Below are positions 15,001 through 30,000 of a DNA stretch of 64,000 nt, in pieces. The position numbers were made by a program, and so were the translations under genes. Below the pieces are notes generated by a model, which was not told where the DNA came from, did not search any database, and saw only the letters and a list, made by a program, of their open reading frames with translations. Origin of the DNA: Dimorphilus gyrociliatus (lineage: Eukaryota > Animalia > Annelida); the NCBI GenBank assembly GCA_904063045.1, contig CAJFCJ010000039.1, positions 1-64,000 on the forward strand, written 5' to 3'. How positions within the stretch are numbered: position 1 is the first letter of the stretch; every line of letters begins with the position of its first letter.

Positions 15001-18000
15001 TAACTCTATCAATTTCAACATTATCTCCTTCAGATACTCTGATTGTGACTGTTGGGTTTTCGTCATTTACACTTTCCCATAATGTTGGAGAAGTTGGGAT
15101 AATGTCTTGTGGATTTCCGCTTGATACTGTAATATCATCAGGTTGAATGACCTTGTCATCATCCATGATTTCTTGACAATAAGTGACTGTTGTTGTTGAT
15201 GGAGAGGTGGTTGTACCACTTGTTGTTCCAGTTGTTGTTCCAGTTGTTGTTCCAGTTGTTGTACCAGTGGTTGTTCCAGTGGTTGTTCCTGTTGTTGTTG
15301 TTTCTAAAAAGTAAGAATAGAGCACAAGTAGAAAATTTTACATTTTAAGAAAAAAATTTATATGCTGATTGATTAATGTAAAAATATATATAAATATATA
15401 CATATCTATATATGTAAAATAAAAAACAAAAAGACAATTTACCTGGTTTAACACAAGCAAGAATTTCCACTTTGGTTGTGACTGGTGTATCTTTGTCAGT
15501 TTTGGTGAAGGTCAATGTTACTTTAGTGCCCTTTGTCAATGCTAGATTATCTGGTATATCATCTGGAGAATATCCATCTTCTGGTTGATCATTTCCATCA
15601 GAATCTTTAACAGGAACATCATTGCCATCCTTATCTGTGATAGTGATCTTCACTTTGTCAACATTTTCAGGATTTATCAATGTTACTCTATCAATTTCTT
15701 CATCATCATTTTCAGATATTGTTACTGTGACAGTTGGGGTATCGTCATTATCACCACTTGTCCATGGTGTATTAGATTTTGGAATAATATCTGTTGGTGT
15801 TCCACTGCTAGTTTCAATATCATCAGGTTGAATAATGCTCTCTTCATCCATGATTTCTTGACAAAGTGTTGGTGTTGTTGTTGATGGTGTTGAAGTTGTA
15901 CCACTTGTAGTTTTGGTTGTTGTACCAGTAGTTGTACCAGTAGTTGTACCAGTAGTAGTACCAGTAGTTGTTCCAGTTGTTGTTCCAGTTGTTGTACCAG
16001 TAGTTGTTCCAGTTGTAGTACCAGTAGTTGTACCAGTGGTTGTTCCAGTTGTTGTTCCTGTTGTTGTTCCTGTAGTAGTACCTGTAGTTGTACCAGTAGT
16101 TGTTCCTGTTGTTGTACCAGTTGTGGTACCTGTTGTTGTTCCAGTAGTTGTACCTGTTGTTGTACCTGTAGTTGTACCAGTAGTAGTACCAGTAGTTGTA
16201 CCAGTAGTTGTTCCAGTTGTAGTTCCTGTAGTTGTTCCTGTTGTTGTTGTCTCTGAATAAGGGTAGAAAAAAATTGAATATTTGTGCATAAATTTTTTGG
16301 TTTTTTTTAGGTTTAAACAAAATTAATTTACAAACCTTCCTCAGAACAAGCCAATATTGTTACTTGTGTTTTTACTGGTTCATTTGGAATGACCTTTGTG
16401 AATGTTAAAGTGACTGTGGTAGCAAGTGTGAGACTGAATTTTTGTGGTAAATTGTCTGGTGAATAGCCTGTATCTGGTTGTTCAATTCCTTGTGAATCCT
16501 TAACAATTACATCATTGCCATCCTTATCAGTGAATCTGATTGTAACTTTTTCTACATTGTCTGGTGATTTCAATGTAACTCTATCAATTTCAACATTATC
16601 TCCTTCAGATACTCTGATTGTGACTGTTGGGTTTTCGTCATTTACACTTTCCCATAATGTTGGAGAAGTTGGGATAATGTCTTGTGGATTTCCGCTTGAT
16701 ACTGTAATATCATCAGGTTGAATGACCTTGTCATCATCCATGATTTCTTGACAATAAGTGACTGTTGTTGTTGATGGAGAGGTGGTTGTACCACTTGTTG
16801 TTCCAGTTGTTGTTCCAGTTGTTGTTCCAGTTGTTGTACCAGTGGTTGTTCCAGTGGTTGTTCCTGTTGTTGTTGTTTCTAAAAAGTAAGAATAGAGCAC
16901 AAGTAGAAAATTTTACATTTTAAGAAAAAAATTTATATGCTGATTGATTAATGTAAAAATATATATAAATATATACATATCTATATATGTAAAATAAAAA
17001 ACAAAAAGACAATTTACCTGGTTTAACACAAGCAAGAATTTCCACTTTGGTTGTGACTGGTGTATCTTTGTCAGTTTTGGTGAAGGTCAATGTTACTTTA
17101 GTGCCCTTTGTCAATGCTAGATTATCTGGTATATCATCTGGAGAATATCCATCTTCTGGTTGATCATTTCCATCAGAATCTTTAACAGGAACATCATTGC
17201 CATCCTTATCTGTGATAGTGATCTTCACTTTGTCAACATTTTCAGGATTTATCAATGTTACTCTATCAATTTCTTCATCATCATTTTCAGATATTGTTAC
17301 TGTGACAGTTGGGGTATCGTCATTATCACCACTTGTCCATGGTGTATTAGATTTTGGAATAATATCTGTTGGTGTTCCACTGCTAGTTTCAATATCATCA
17401 GGTTGAATAATGCTCTCTTCATCCATGATTTCTTGACAAAGTGTTGGTGTTGTTGTTGATGGTGTTGAAGTTGTACCACTTGTAGTTTTGGTTGTTGTAC
17501 CAGTAGTTGTACCAGTAGTTGTACCAGTAGTAGTACCAGTAGTTGTTCCAGTTGTTGTTCCAGTTGTTGTACCAGTAGTTGTTCCAGTTGTAGTACCAGT
17601 AGTTGTACCAGTGGTTGTTCCAGTTGTTGTTCCTGTTGTTGTTCCTGTAGTAGTACCTGTAGTTGTACCAGTAGTTGTTCCTGTTGTTGTACCAGTTGTG
17701 GTACCTGTTGTTGTTCCAGTAGTTGTACCTGTTGTTGTACCTGTAGTTGTACCAGTAGTAGTACCAGTAGTTGTACCAGTAGTTGTTCCAGTTGTAGTTC
17801 CTGTAGTTGTTCCTGTTGTTGTTGTCTCTGAATAAGGGTAGAAAAAAATTGAATATTTGTGCATAAATTTTTTGGTTTTTTTTAGGTTTAAACAAAATTA
17901 ATTTACAAACCTTCCTCAGAACAAGCCAATATTGTTACTTGTGTTTTTACTGGTTCATTTGGAATGACCTTTGTGAATGTTAAAGTGACTGTGGTAGCAA

Positions 18001-21000
18001 GTGTGAGACTGAATTTTTGTGGTAAATTGTCTGGTGAATAGCCTGTATCTGGTTGTTCAATTCCTTGTGAATCCTTAACAATTACATCATTGCCATCCTT
18101 ATCAGTGAATCTGATTGTAACTTTTTCTACATTGTCTGGTGATTTCAATGTAACTCTATCAATTTCAACATTATCTCCTTCAGATACTCTGATTGTGACT
18201 GTTGGGTTTTCGTCATTTACACTTTCCCATAATGTTGGAGAAGTTGGGATAATGTCTTGTGGATTTCCGCTTGATACTGTAATATCATCAGGTTGAATGA
18301 CCTTGTCATCATCCATGATTTCTTGACAATAAGTGACTGTTGTTGTTGATGGAGAGGTGGTTGTACCACTTGTTGTTCCAGTTGTTGTTCCAGTTGTTGT
18401 TCCAGTTGTTGTTCCAGTTGTTGTACCAGTGGTTGTTCCAGTGGTTGTTCCTGTTGTTGTTGTTTCTAAAAAGTAAGAATAGAGCACAAGTAGAAAATTT
18501 TACATTTTAAGAAAAAAATTTATATGCTGATTGATTAATGTAAAAATATATATAAATATATACATATCTATATATGTAAAATAAAAAACAAAAGACAATT
18601 TACCTGGTTTAACACAAGCAAGAATTTCCACTTTGGTTGTGACTGGTGTATCTTTGTCAGTTTTGGTGAAGGTCAATGTTACTTTAGTGCCCTTTGTCAA
18701 TGCTAGATTATCTGGTATATCATCTGGAGAATATCCATCTTCTGGTTGATCATTTCCATCAGAATCTTTAACAGGAACATCATTGCCATCCTTATCTGTG
18801 ATAGTGATCTTCACTTTGTCAACATTTTCAGGATTTATCAATATTACTCTATCAATTTCTTCATCATCATTTTCAGATATTGTTACTGTGACAGTTGGGG
18901 TATCGTCATTATCACCACTTGTCCATGGTGTATTAGATTTTGGAATAATATCTGTTGGTGTTCCACTGCTAGTTTCAATATCATCAGGTTGAATAATGCT
19001 CTCTTCATCCATGATTTCTTGACAAAGTGTTGGTGTTGTTGTTGATGGTGTTGAAGTTGTACCACTTGTAGTTTTGGTTGTTGTACCAGTAGTTGTACCA
19101 GTAGTTGTACCAGTAGTAGTACCAGTAGTTGTTCCAGTTGTTGTTCCAGTTGTTGTACCAGTAGTTGTTCCAGTTGTAGTACCAGTAGTTGTACCAGTGG
19201 TTGTTCCAGTTGTTGTTCCTGTTGTTGTTCCTGTAGTAGTACCTGTAGTTGTACCAGTAGTTGTTCCTGTTGTTGTACCAGTTGTGGTACCTGTTGTTGT
19301 TCCAGTAGTTGTACCTGTTGTTGTACCTGTAGTTGTTCCTGTTGTTGTTCCTGTAGTAGTACCTGTAGTTGTACCAGTAGTTGTTCCTGTTGTTGTACCA
19401 GTTGTGGTACCTGTTGTTGTTCCAGTAGTTGTACCTGTTGTTGTACCTGTAGTTGTACCAGTAGTAGTACCAGTAGTTGTACCAGTAGTTGTTCCAGTTG
19501 TAGTTCCTGTAGTTGTTCCTGTTGTTGTTGTCTCTGAATAAGGGTAGAAAAAAATTGAATATTTGTGCATAAATTTTTTGGTTTTTTTTAGGTTTAAACA
19601 AAATTAATTTACAAACCTTCCTCAGAACAAGCCAATATTGTTACTTGTGTTTTTACTGGTTCATTTGGAATGACCTTTGTGAATGTTAAAGTGACTGTGG
19701 TAGCAAGTGTGAGACTGAATTTTTGTGGTAAATTGTCTGGTGAATAGCCTGTATCTGGTTGTTCAATTCCTTGTGAATCCTTAACAATTACATCATTGCC
19801 ATCCTTATCAGTGAATCTGATTGTAACTTTTTCTACATTGTCTGGTGATTTCAATGTAACTCTATCAATTTCAACATTATCTCCTTCAGATACTCTGATT
19901 GTGACTGTTGGGTTTTCGTCATTTACACTTTCCCATAATGTTGGAGAAGTTGGGATAATGTCTTGTGGATTTCCGCTTGATACTGTAATATCATCAGGTT
20001 GAATGACCTTGTCATCATCCATGATTTCTTGACAATAAGTGACTGTTGTTGTTGATGGAGAGGTGGTTGTACCACTTGTTGTTCCAGTTGTTGTTCCAGT
20101 TGTTGTTCCAGTTGTTGTACCAGTGGTTGTTCCAGTGGTTGTTCCTGTTGTTGTTGTTTCTAAAAAGTAAGAATAGAGCACAAGTAGAAAATTTTACATT
20201 TTAAGAAAAAAATTTATATGCTGATTGATTAATGTAAAAATATATATAAATATATACATATCTATATATGTAAAATAAAAAACAAAAAGACAATTTACCT
20301 GGTTTAACACAAGCAAGAATTTCCACTTTGGTTGTGACTGGTGTATCTTTGTCAGTTTTGGTGAAGGTCAATGTTACTTTAGTGCCCTTTGTCAATGCTA
20401 GATTATCTGGTATATCATCTGGAGAATATCCATCTTCTGGTTGATCATTTCCATCAGAATCTTTAACAGGAACATCATTGCCATCCTTATCTGTGATAGT
20501 GATCTTCACTTTGTCAACATTTTCAGGATTTATCAATGTTACTCTATCAATTTCTTCATCATCATTTTCAGATATTGTTACTGTGACAGTTGGGGTATCG
20601 TCATTATCACCACTTGTCCATGGTGTATTAGATTTTGGAATAATATCTGTTGGTGTTCCACTGCTAGTTTCAATATCATCAGGTTGAATAATGCTCTCTT
20701 CATCCATGATTTCTTGACAAAGTGTTGGTGTTGTTGTTGATGGTGTTGAAGTTGTACACTTGTAGTTTTGGTTGTTGTACCAGTAGTTGTACCAGTAGTA
20801 GTACCAGTAGTAGTACCAGTAGTTGTTCCAGTAGTTGTACCAGTAGTTGTTCCAGTTGTAGTTCCTGTAGTTGTTCCTGTTGTTGTGGTCTCTGAATAAG
20901 GTAGTAAAAAAATTGAATTGAATATTTGTGCATAAATTTTTTGGTTTTTTTTAGGTTTAAACAAAATTAATTTACAAACCTTCCTCAGAACAAGCCAATA

Positions 21001-24000
21001 TTGTTACTTGTGTTTTTACTGGTTCATTTGGAATGACCTTTGTGAATGTTAAAGTGACTGTGGTAGCAAGTGTGAGACTGAATTTTTGTGGTAAATTGTC
21101 TGGTGAATAGCCTGTATCTGGTTGTTCAATTCCTTGTGAATCCTTAACAATTACATCATTGCCATCCTTATCAGTGAATCTGATTGTAACTTTTTCTACA
21201 TTGTCTGGTGATTTCAATGTAACTCTATCAATTTCAACATTATCTCCTTCAGATACTCTGATTGTGACTGTTGGGTTTTCGTCATTTACACTTTCCCATA
21301 ATGTTGGAGAAGTTGGGATAATGTCTTGTGGATTTCCGCTTGATACTGTAATATCATCAGGTTGAATGACCTTGTCATCATCCATGATTTCTTGACAATA
21401 AGTGACTGTTGTTGTTGATGGAGAGGTGGTTGTACCACTTGTTGTTCCAGTTGTTGTTCCAGTTGTTGTTCCAGTTGTTGTACCAGTGGTTGTTCCAGTG
21501 GTTGTTCCTGTTGTTGTTGTTTCTAAAAAGTAAGAATAGAGCACAAGTAGAAAATTTTACATTTTAAAAAAAAATTTATATGCTGATTGATTAATGTAAA
21601 AAATATATAAATATATACATATCTATATATGTAAAATAAAAAACAAAAAGACAATTTACCTGGTTTAACACAAGCAAGAATTTCCACTTTGGTTGTGACT
21701 GGTGTATCTTTGTCAGTTTTGGTGAAGGTCAATGTTACTTTAGTGCCCTTTGTCAATGCTAGATTATCTGGTATATCATCTGGAGAATATCCATCTTCTG
21801 GTTGATCATTTCCATCAGAATCTTTAACAGGAACATCATTGCCATCCTTATCTGTGATAGTGATCTTCACTTTGTCAACATTTTCAGGATTTATCAATGT
21901 TACTCTATCAATTTCTTCATCATCATTTTCAGATATTGTTACTGTGACAGTTGGGGTATCGTCATTATCACACTTGTCCATGGTGTATTAGATTTTGGAA
22001 TAATATCTGTTGGTGTTCCACTGCTAGTTTCAATATCATCAGGTTGAATAATGCTCTCTTCATCCATGATTTCTTGACAAAGTGTTGGTGTTGTTGTTGA
22101 TGGTGTTGAAGTTGTACCACTTGTAGTTTTGGTTGTTGTACAGTAGTTGTACAGTACAGTAGTAGTACCAGTAGTTGTTCCAGTAGTTGTACCAGTAGTT
22201 GTTCCAGTTGTAGTTCCTGTAGTTGTTCTGTTGTTGTTGTCTCTGAATAAGGGTAGAAAAAAATTGAATATTTGTGCATAAATTTTTTGGTTTTTTTTAG
22301 GTTTAAACAAAATTAATTTACAAACCTTCCTCAGAACAAGCCAATATTGTTACTTGTGTTTTTACTGGTTCATTTGGAATGACCTTTGTGAATGTTAAAG
22401 TGACTGTGGTAGCAAGTGTGAGACTGAATTTTTGTGGTAAATTGTCTGGTGAATAGCCTGTATCTGGTTGTTCAATTCCTTGTGAATCCTTAACAATTAC
22501 ATCATTGCCATCCTTATCAGTGAATCTGATTGTAACTTTTTCTACATTGTCTGGTGATTTCAATGTAACTCTATCAATTTCAACATTATCTCCTTCAGAT
22601 ACTCTGATTGTGACTGTTGGGTTTTCGTCATTTACACTTTCCCATAATGTTGGAGAAGTTGGGATAATGTCTTGTGGATTTCCGCTTGATACTGTAATAT
22701 CATCAGGTTGAATGACCTTGTCATCATCCATGATTTCTTGACAATAAGTGACTGTTGTTGTTGATGGAGAGGTGGTTGTACCACTTGTTGTTCCAGTTGT
22801 TGTTCCAGTTGTTGTTCCAGTTGTTGTACCAGTGGTTGTTCCAGTGGTTGTTCCTGTTGTTGTTGTTTCTAAAAAGTAAGAATAGAGCACAAGTAGAAAA
22901 TTTTACATTTTAAGAAAAAATTAATATGCTGATTGATTAATGTAAAAATATATATAAATATATACATATCTATATATGTAAAATAAAAAACAAAAAGACA
23001 ATTTACCTGGTTTAACACAAGCAAGAATTTCCACTTTGGTTGTGACTGGTGTATCTTTGTCAGTTTTGGTGAAGGTCAATGTTACTTTAGTGCCCTTTGT
23101 CAATGCTAGATTATCTGGTATATCATCTGGAGAATATCCATCTTCTGGTTGATCATTTCCATCAGAATCTTTAACAGGAACATCATTGCCATCCTTATCT
23201 GTGATAGTGATCTTCACTTTGTCAACATTTTCAGGATTTATCAATGTTACTCTATCAATTTCTTCGTCATCATTTTCAGATATTGTTACTGTGACAGTTG
23301 GGGTATCGTCATTATCACCACTTGTCCATGGTGTATTAGATTTTGGAATAATATCTGTTGGTGTTCCACTGCTAGTTTCAATATCATCAGGTTGAATAAT
23401 GCTCTCTTCATCCATGATTTCTTGACAAAGTGTTGGTGTTGTTGTTGATGGTGTTGAAGTTGTACCACTTGTAGTTTTGGTTGTTGTACCAGTAGTTGTA
23501 CCAGTAGTTGTACCAGTAGTAGTACAGTAGTTGTTCCAGTTGTTGTTCCAGTTGTTGTACCAGTAGTTGTTCCAGTTGTAGTACCAGTAGTTGTACCAGT
23601 GGTTGTTCCAGTTGTTGTTCCTGTTGTTGTTCCTGTAGTAGTACCTGTAGTTGTACCAGTAGTTGTTCCTGTTGTTGTACCAGTTGTGGTACCTGTTGTT
23701 GTTCCAGTAGTTGTACCTGTTGTTGTACCTGTAGTTGTACCAGTAGTAGTACCAGTAGTTGTACCAGTAGTTGTTCCAGTTGTAGTTCCTGTAGTTGTTC
23801 CTGTTGTTGTTGTCTCTGAATAAGGGTAGAAAAAAATTGAATATTTGTGCATAAATTTTTTGGTTTTTTTTAGGTTTAAACAAAATTAATTTACAAACCT
23901 TCCTCAGAACAAGCCAATATTGTTACTTGTGTTTTTACTGGTTCATTTGGAATGACCTTTGTGAATGTTAAAGTGACTGTGGTAGCAAGTGTGAGACTGA

Positions 24001-27000
24001 ATTTTTGTGGTAAATTGTCTGGTGAATAGCCTGTATCTGGTTGTTCAATTCCTTGTGAATCCTTAACAATTACATCATTGCCATCCTTATCAGTGAATCT
24101 GATTGTAACTTTTTCTACATTGTCTGGTGATTTCAATGTAACTCTATCAATTTCAACATTATCTCCTTCAGATACTCTGATTGTGACTGTTGGGTTTTCG
24201 TCATTTACACTTTCCCATAATGTTGGAGAAGTTGGGATAATGTCTTGTGGATTTCCGCTTGATACTGTAATATCATCAGGTTGAATGACCTTGTCATCAT
24301 CCATGATTTCTTGACAATAAGTGACTGTTGTTGTTGATGGAGAGGTGGTTGTACCACTTGTTGTTCCAGTTGTTGTTCCAGTTGTTGTTCCAGTTGTTGT
24401 ACCAGTGGTTGTTCCAGTGGTTGTTCCTGTTGTTGTTGTTTCTAAAAAGTAAGAATAGAGCACAAGTAGAAAATTTTACATTTTAAGAAAAAATTTATAT
24501 GCTGATTGATTAATGTAAAAATATATATAAATATATACATATCTATATATGTAAAATAAAAAACAAAAAGACAATTTACCTGGTTTAACACAAGCAAGAA
24601 TTTCCACTTTGGTTGTGACTGGTGTATCTTTGTCAGTTTTGGTGAAGGTCAATGTTACTTTAGTGCCCTTTGTCAATGCTAGATTATCTGGTATATCATC
24701 TGGAGAATATCCATCTTCTGGTTGATCATTTCCATCAGAATCTTTAACAGGAACATCATTGCCATCCTTATCTGTGATAGTGATCTTCACTTTGTCAACA
24801 TTTTCAGGATTTATCAATGTTACTCTATCAATTTCTTCATCATCATTTTCAGATATTGTTACTGTGACAGTTGGGGTATCGTCATTATCACCACTTGTCC
24901 ATGGTGTATTAGATTTTGGAATAATATCTGTTGGTGTTCCACTGCTAGTTTCAATATCATCAGGTTGAATAATGCTCTCTTCATCCATGATTTCTTGACA
25001 AAGTGTTGGTGTTGTTGTTGATGGTGTTGAAGTTGTACCACTTGTAGTTTTGGTTGTTGTACCAGTAGTTGTACAGTAGTAGTACCAGTAGTAGTACCAG
25101 TAGTTGTTCCAGTAGTTGTACCAGTAGTTGTTCCAGTTGTAGTTCCTGTAGTTGTTCCTGTTGTTGTTGTCTCTGAATAAGGGTAGAAAAAAATTGAATA
25201 TTTGTGCATAAATTTTTTGGTTTTTTTTAGGTTTAAACAAAATTAATTTACAAACCTTCCTCAGAACAAGCCAATATTGTTACTTGTTTTTACTGGTTCA
25301 TTTGAATTTTGTGAATGTTAAAGTGACTGTGGTAGCAAGTGTGAGACTGAATTTTTGTGGTAAATTGTCTGGTGAATAGCCTGTATCTGGTTGTTCAATT
25401 CCTTGTGAATCCTTAACAATTACATCATTGCCATCCTTATCAGTGAATCTGATTGTAACTTTTTCTACATTGTCTGGTGATTTCAATGTAACTCTATCAA
25501 TTTCAACATTATCTCCTTCAGATACTCTGATTGTGACTGTTGGGTTTTCGTCATTTACACTTTCCCATAATGTTGGAGAAGTTGGGATAATGTCTTGTGG
25601 ATTTCCGCTTGATACTGTAATATCATCAGGTTGAATGACCTTGTCATCATCCATGATTTCTTGACAATAAGTGACTGTTGTTGTTGATGGAGAGGTGGTT
25701 GTACCACTTGTTGTTCCAGTTGTTGTTCCAGTTGTTGTTCCAGTTGTTGTACCAGTGGTTGTTCCAGTGGTTGTTCCTGTTGTTGTTGTTTCTAAAAAGT
25801 AAGAATAGAGCACAAGTAGAAAATTTTACATTTTAAGAAAAAAATTTATATGCTGATTGATTAATGTAAAAATATATATAAATATATACATATCTATATA
25901 TGTAAAATAAAAAACAAAAAGACAATTTACCTGGTTTAACACAAGCAAGAATTTCCACTTTGGTTGTGACTGGTGTATCTTTGTCAGTTTTGGTGAAGGT
26001 CAATGTTACTTTAGTGCCCTTTGTCAATGCTAGATTATCTGGTATATCATCTGGAGAATATCCATCTTCTGGTTGATCATTTCCATCAGAATCTTTAACA
26101 GGAACATCATTGCCATCCTTATCTGTGATAGTGATCTTCACTTTGTCAACATTTTCAGGATTTATCAATGTTACTCTATCAATTTCTTCATCATCATTTT
26201 CAGATATTGTTACTGTGACAGTTGGGGTATCGTCATTATCACCACTTGTCCATGGTGTATTAGATTTTGGAATAATATCTGTTGGTGTTCCACTGCTAGT
26301 TTCAATATCATCAGGTTGAATAATGCTCTCTTCATCCATGATTTCTTGACAAAGTGTTGGTGTTGTTGTTGATGGTGTTGAAGTTGTACCACTTGTAGTT
26401 TTGGTTGTTGTACCAGTAGTTGTACCAGTAGTAGTACCAGTAGTAGTACCAGTAGTTGTTCCAGTAGTTGTACCAGTAGTTGTTCCAGTTGTAGTTCCTG
26501 TAGTTGTTCCTGTTGTTGTTGTCTCTGAATAAGGGTAGAAAAAAATTGAATATTTGTGCATAAATTTTTTGGTTTTTTTTAGGTTTAAACAAAATTAATT
26601 TACAAACCTTCCTCAGAACAAGCCAATATTGTTACTTGTGTTTTTACTGGTTCATTTGGAATGACCTTTGTGAATGTTAAAGTGACTGTGGTAGCAAGTG
26701 TGAGACTGAATTTTTGTGGTAAATTGTCTGGTGAATAGCCTGTATCTGGTTGTTCAATTCCTTGTGAATCCTTAACAATTACATCATTGCCATCCTTATC
26801 AGTGAATCTGATTGTAACTTTTTCTACATTGTCTGGTGATTTCAATGTAACTCTATCAATTTCAACATTATCTCCTTCAGATACTCTGATTGTGACTGTT
26901 GGGTTTTCGTCATTTACACTTTCCCATAATGTTGGAGAAGTTGGGATAATGTCTTGTGGATTTCCGCTTGATACTGTAATATCATCAGGTTGAATGACCT

Positions 27001-30000
27001 TGTCATCATCCATGATTTCTTGACAATAAGTGACTGTTGTTGTTGATGGAGAGGTGGTTGTACCACTTGTTGTTCCAGTTGTTGTTCCAGTTGTTGTTCC
27101 AGTTGTTGTACCAGTGGTTGTTCCAGTGGTTGTTCCTGTTGTTGTTGTTTCTAAAAAGTAAGAATAGAGCACAAGTAGAAAATTTTACATTTTAAGAAAA
27201 AAATTTATATGCTGATTGATTAATGTAAAAATATATATAAATATATACATATCTATATATGTAAAATAAAAAACAAAAAGACAATTTACCTGGTTTAACA
27301 CAAGCAAGAATTTCCACTTTGGTTGTGACTGGTGTATCTTTGTCAGTTTTGGTGAAGGTCAATGTTACTTTAGTGCCCTTTGTCAATGCTAGATTATCTG
27401 GTATATCATCTGGAGAATATCCATCTTCTGGTTGATCATTTCCATCAGAATCTTTAACAGGAACATCATTGCCATCCTTATCTGTGATAGTGATCTTCAC
27501 TTTGTCAACATTTTCAGGATTTATCAATGTTACTCTATCAATTTCTTCATCATCATTTTCAGATATTGTTACTGTGACAGTTGGGGTATCGTCATTATCA
27601 CCACTTGTCCATGGTGTATTAGATTTTGGAATAATATCTGTTGGTGTTCCACTGCTAGTTTCAATATCATCAGGTTGAATAATGCTCTCTTCATCCATGA
27701 TTTCTTGACAAAGTGTTGGTGTTGTTGTTGATGGTGTTGAAGTTGTACCACTTGTAGTTTTGGTTGTTGTACCAGTAGTTGTACCAGTAGTAGTACCAGT
27801 AGTAGTACCAGTAGTTGTTCCAGTAGTTGTACCAGTAGTTGTTCCAGTTGTAGTTCCTGTAGTTGTTCCTGTTGTTGTTGTCTCTGAATAAGGGTAGAAA
27901 AAAATTGAATATTTGTGCATAAATTTTTTGGTTTTTTTTAGGTTTAAACAAAATTAATTTACAAACCTTCCTCAGAACAAGCCAATATTGTTACTTGTGT
28001 TTTTACTGGTTCATTTGGAATGACCTTTGTGAATGTTAAAGTGACTGTGGTAGCAAGTGTGAGACTGAATTTTTGTGGTAAATTGTCTGGTGAATAGCCT
28101 GTATCTGGTTGTTCAATTCCTTGTGAATCCTTAACAATTACATCATTGCCATCCTTATCAGTGAATCTGATTGTAACTTTTTCTACATTGTCTGGTGATT
28201 TCAATGTAACTCTATCAATTTCAACATTATCTCCTTCAGATACTCTGATTGTGACTGTTGGGTTTTCGTCATTTACACTTTCCCATAATGTTGGAGAAGT
28301 TGGGATAATGTCTTGTGGATTTCCGCTTGATACTGTAATATCATCAGGTTGAATGACCTTGTCATCATCCATGATTTCTTGACAATAAGTGACTGTTGTT
28401 GTTGATGGAGAGGTGGTTGTACCACTTGTTGTTCCAGTTGTTGTTCCAGTTGTTGTTCCAGTTGTTGTTCCAGTTGTTGTACCAGTGGTTGTTCCAGTGG
28501 TTGTTCCTGTTGTTGTTGTTTCTAAAAAGTAAGAATAGAGCACAAGTAGAAAATTTTACATTTTAAGAAAAAAATTTATATGCTGATTGATTAATGTAAA
28601 AATATATATAAATATATACATATCTATATATGTAAAATAAAAAACAAAAAGACAATTTACCTGGTTTAACACAAGCAAGAATTTCCACTTTGGTTGTGAC
28701 TGGTGTATCTTTGTCAGTTTTGGTGAAGGTCAATGTTACTTTAGTGCCCTTTGTCAATGCTAGATTATCTGGTATATCATCTGGAGAATATCCATCTTCT
28801 GGTTGATCATTTCCATCAGAATCTTTAACAGGAACATCATTGCCATCCTTATCTGTGATAGTGATCTTCACTTTGTCAACATTTTCAGGATTTATCAATG
28901 TTACTCTATCAATTTCTTCATCATCATTTTCAGATATTGTTACTGTGACAGTTGGGGATATCGTCATTATCACCACTTGTCCATGGTGTATTAGATTTTG
29001 GAATAATATCTGTTGGTGTTCCACTGCTAGTTTCAATATCATCAGGTTGAATAATGCTCTCTTCATCCATGATTTCTTGACAAAGTGTTGGTGTTGTTGT
29101 TGATGGTGTTGAAGTTGTACCACTTGTAGTTTTGGTTGTTGTACCAGTAGTTGTACCAGTAGTAGTACCAGTAGTAGTACCAGTAGTTGTTCCAGTAGTT
29201 GTACCAGTAGTTGTTCCAGTTGTAGTTCCTGTAGTTGTTCCTGTTGTTGTTGTCTCTGAATAAGGGTAGAAAAAAATTGAATATTTGTGCATAAATTTTT
29301 TGGTTTTTTTTAGGTTTAAACAAAATTAATTTACAAACCTTCCTCAGAACAAGCCAATATTGTTACTTGTGTTTTTACTGGTTCATTTGGAATGACCTTT
29401 GTGAATGTTAAAGTGACTGTGGTAGCAAGTGTGAGACTGAATTTTTGTGGTAAATTGTCTGGTGAATAGCCTGTATCTGGTTGTTCAATTCCTTGTGAAT
29501 CCTTAACAATTACATCATTGCCATCCTTATCAGTGAATCTGATTGTAACTTTTTCTACATTGTCTGGTGATTTCAATGTAACTCTATCAATTTCAACATT
29601 ATCTCCTTCAGATACTCTGATTGTGACTGTTGGGTTTTCGTCATTTACACTTTCCCATAATGTTGGAGAAGTTGGGATAATGTCTTGTGGATTTCCGCTT
29701 GATACTGTAATATCATCAGGTTGAATGACCTTGTCATCATCCATGATTTCTTGACAATAAGTGACTGTTGTTGTTGATGGAGAGGTGGTTGTACCACTTG
29801 TTGTTCCAGTTGTTGTTCCAGTTGTTGTTCCAGTTGTTGTTCCAGTTGTTGTACCAGTGGTTGTTCCAGTGGTTGTTCCTGTTGTTGTTGTTTCTAAAAA
29901 GTAAGAATAGAGCACAAGTAGAAAATTTTACATTTTAAGAAAAAAATTTATATGCTGATTGATTAATGTAAAAATATATATAAATATATACATATCTATA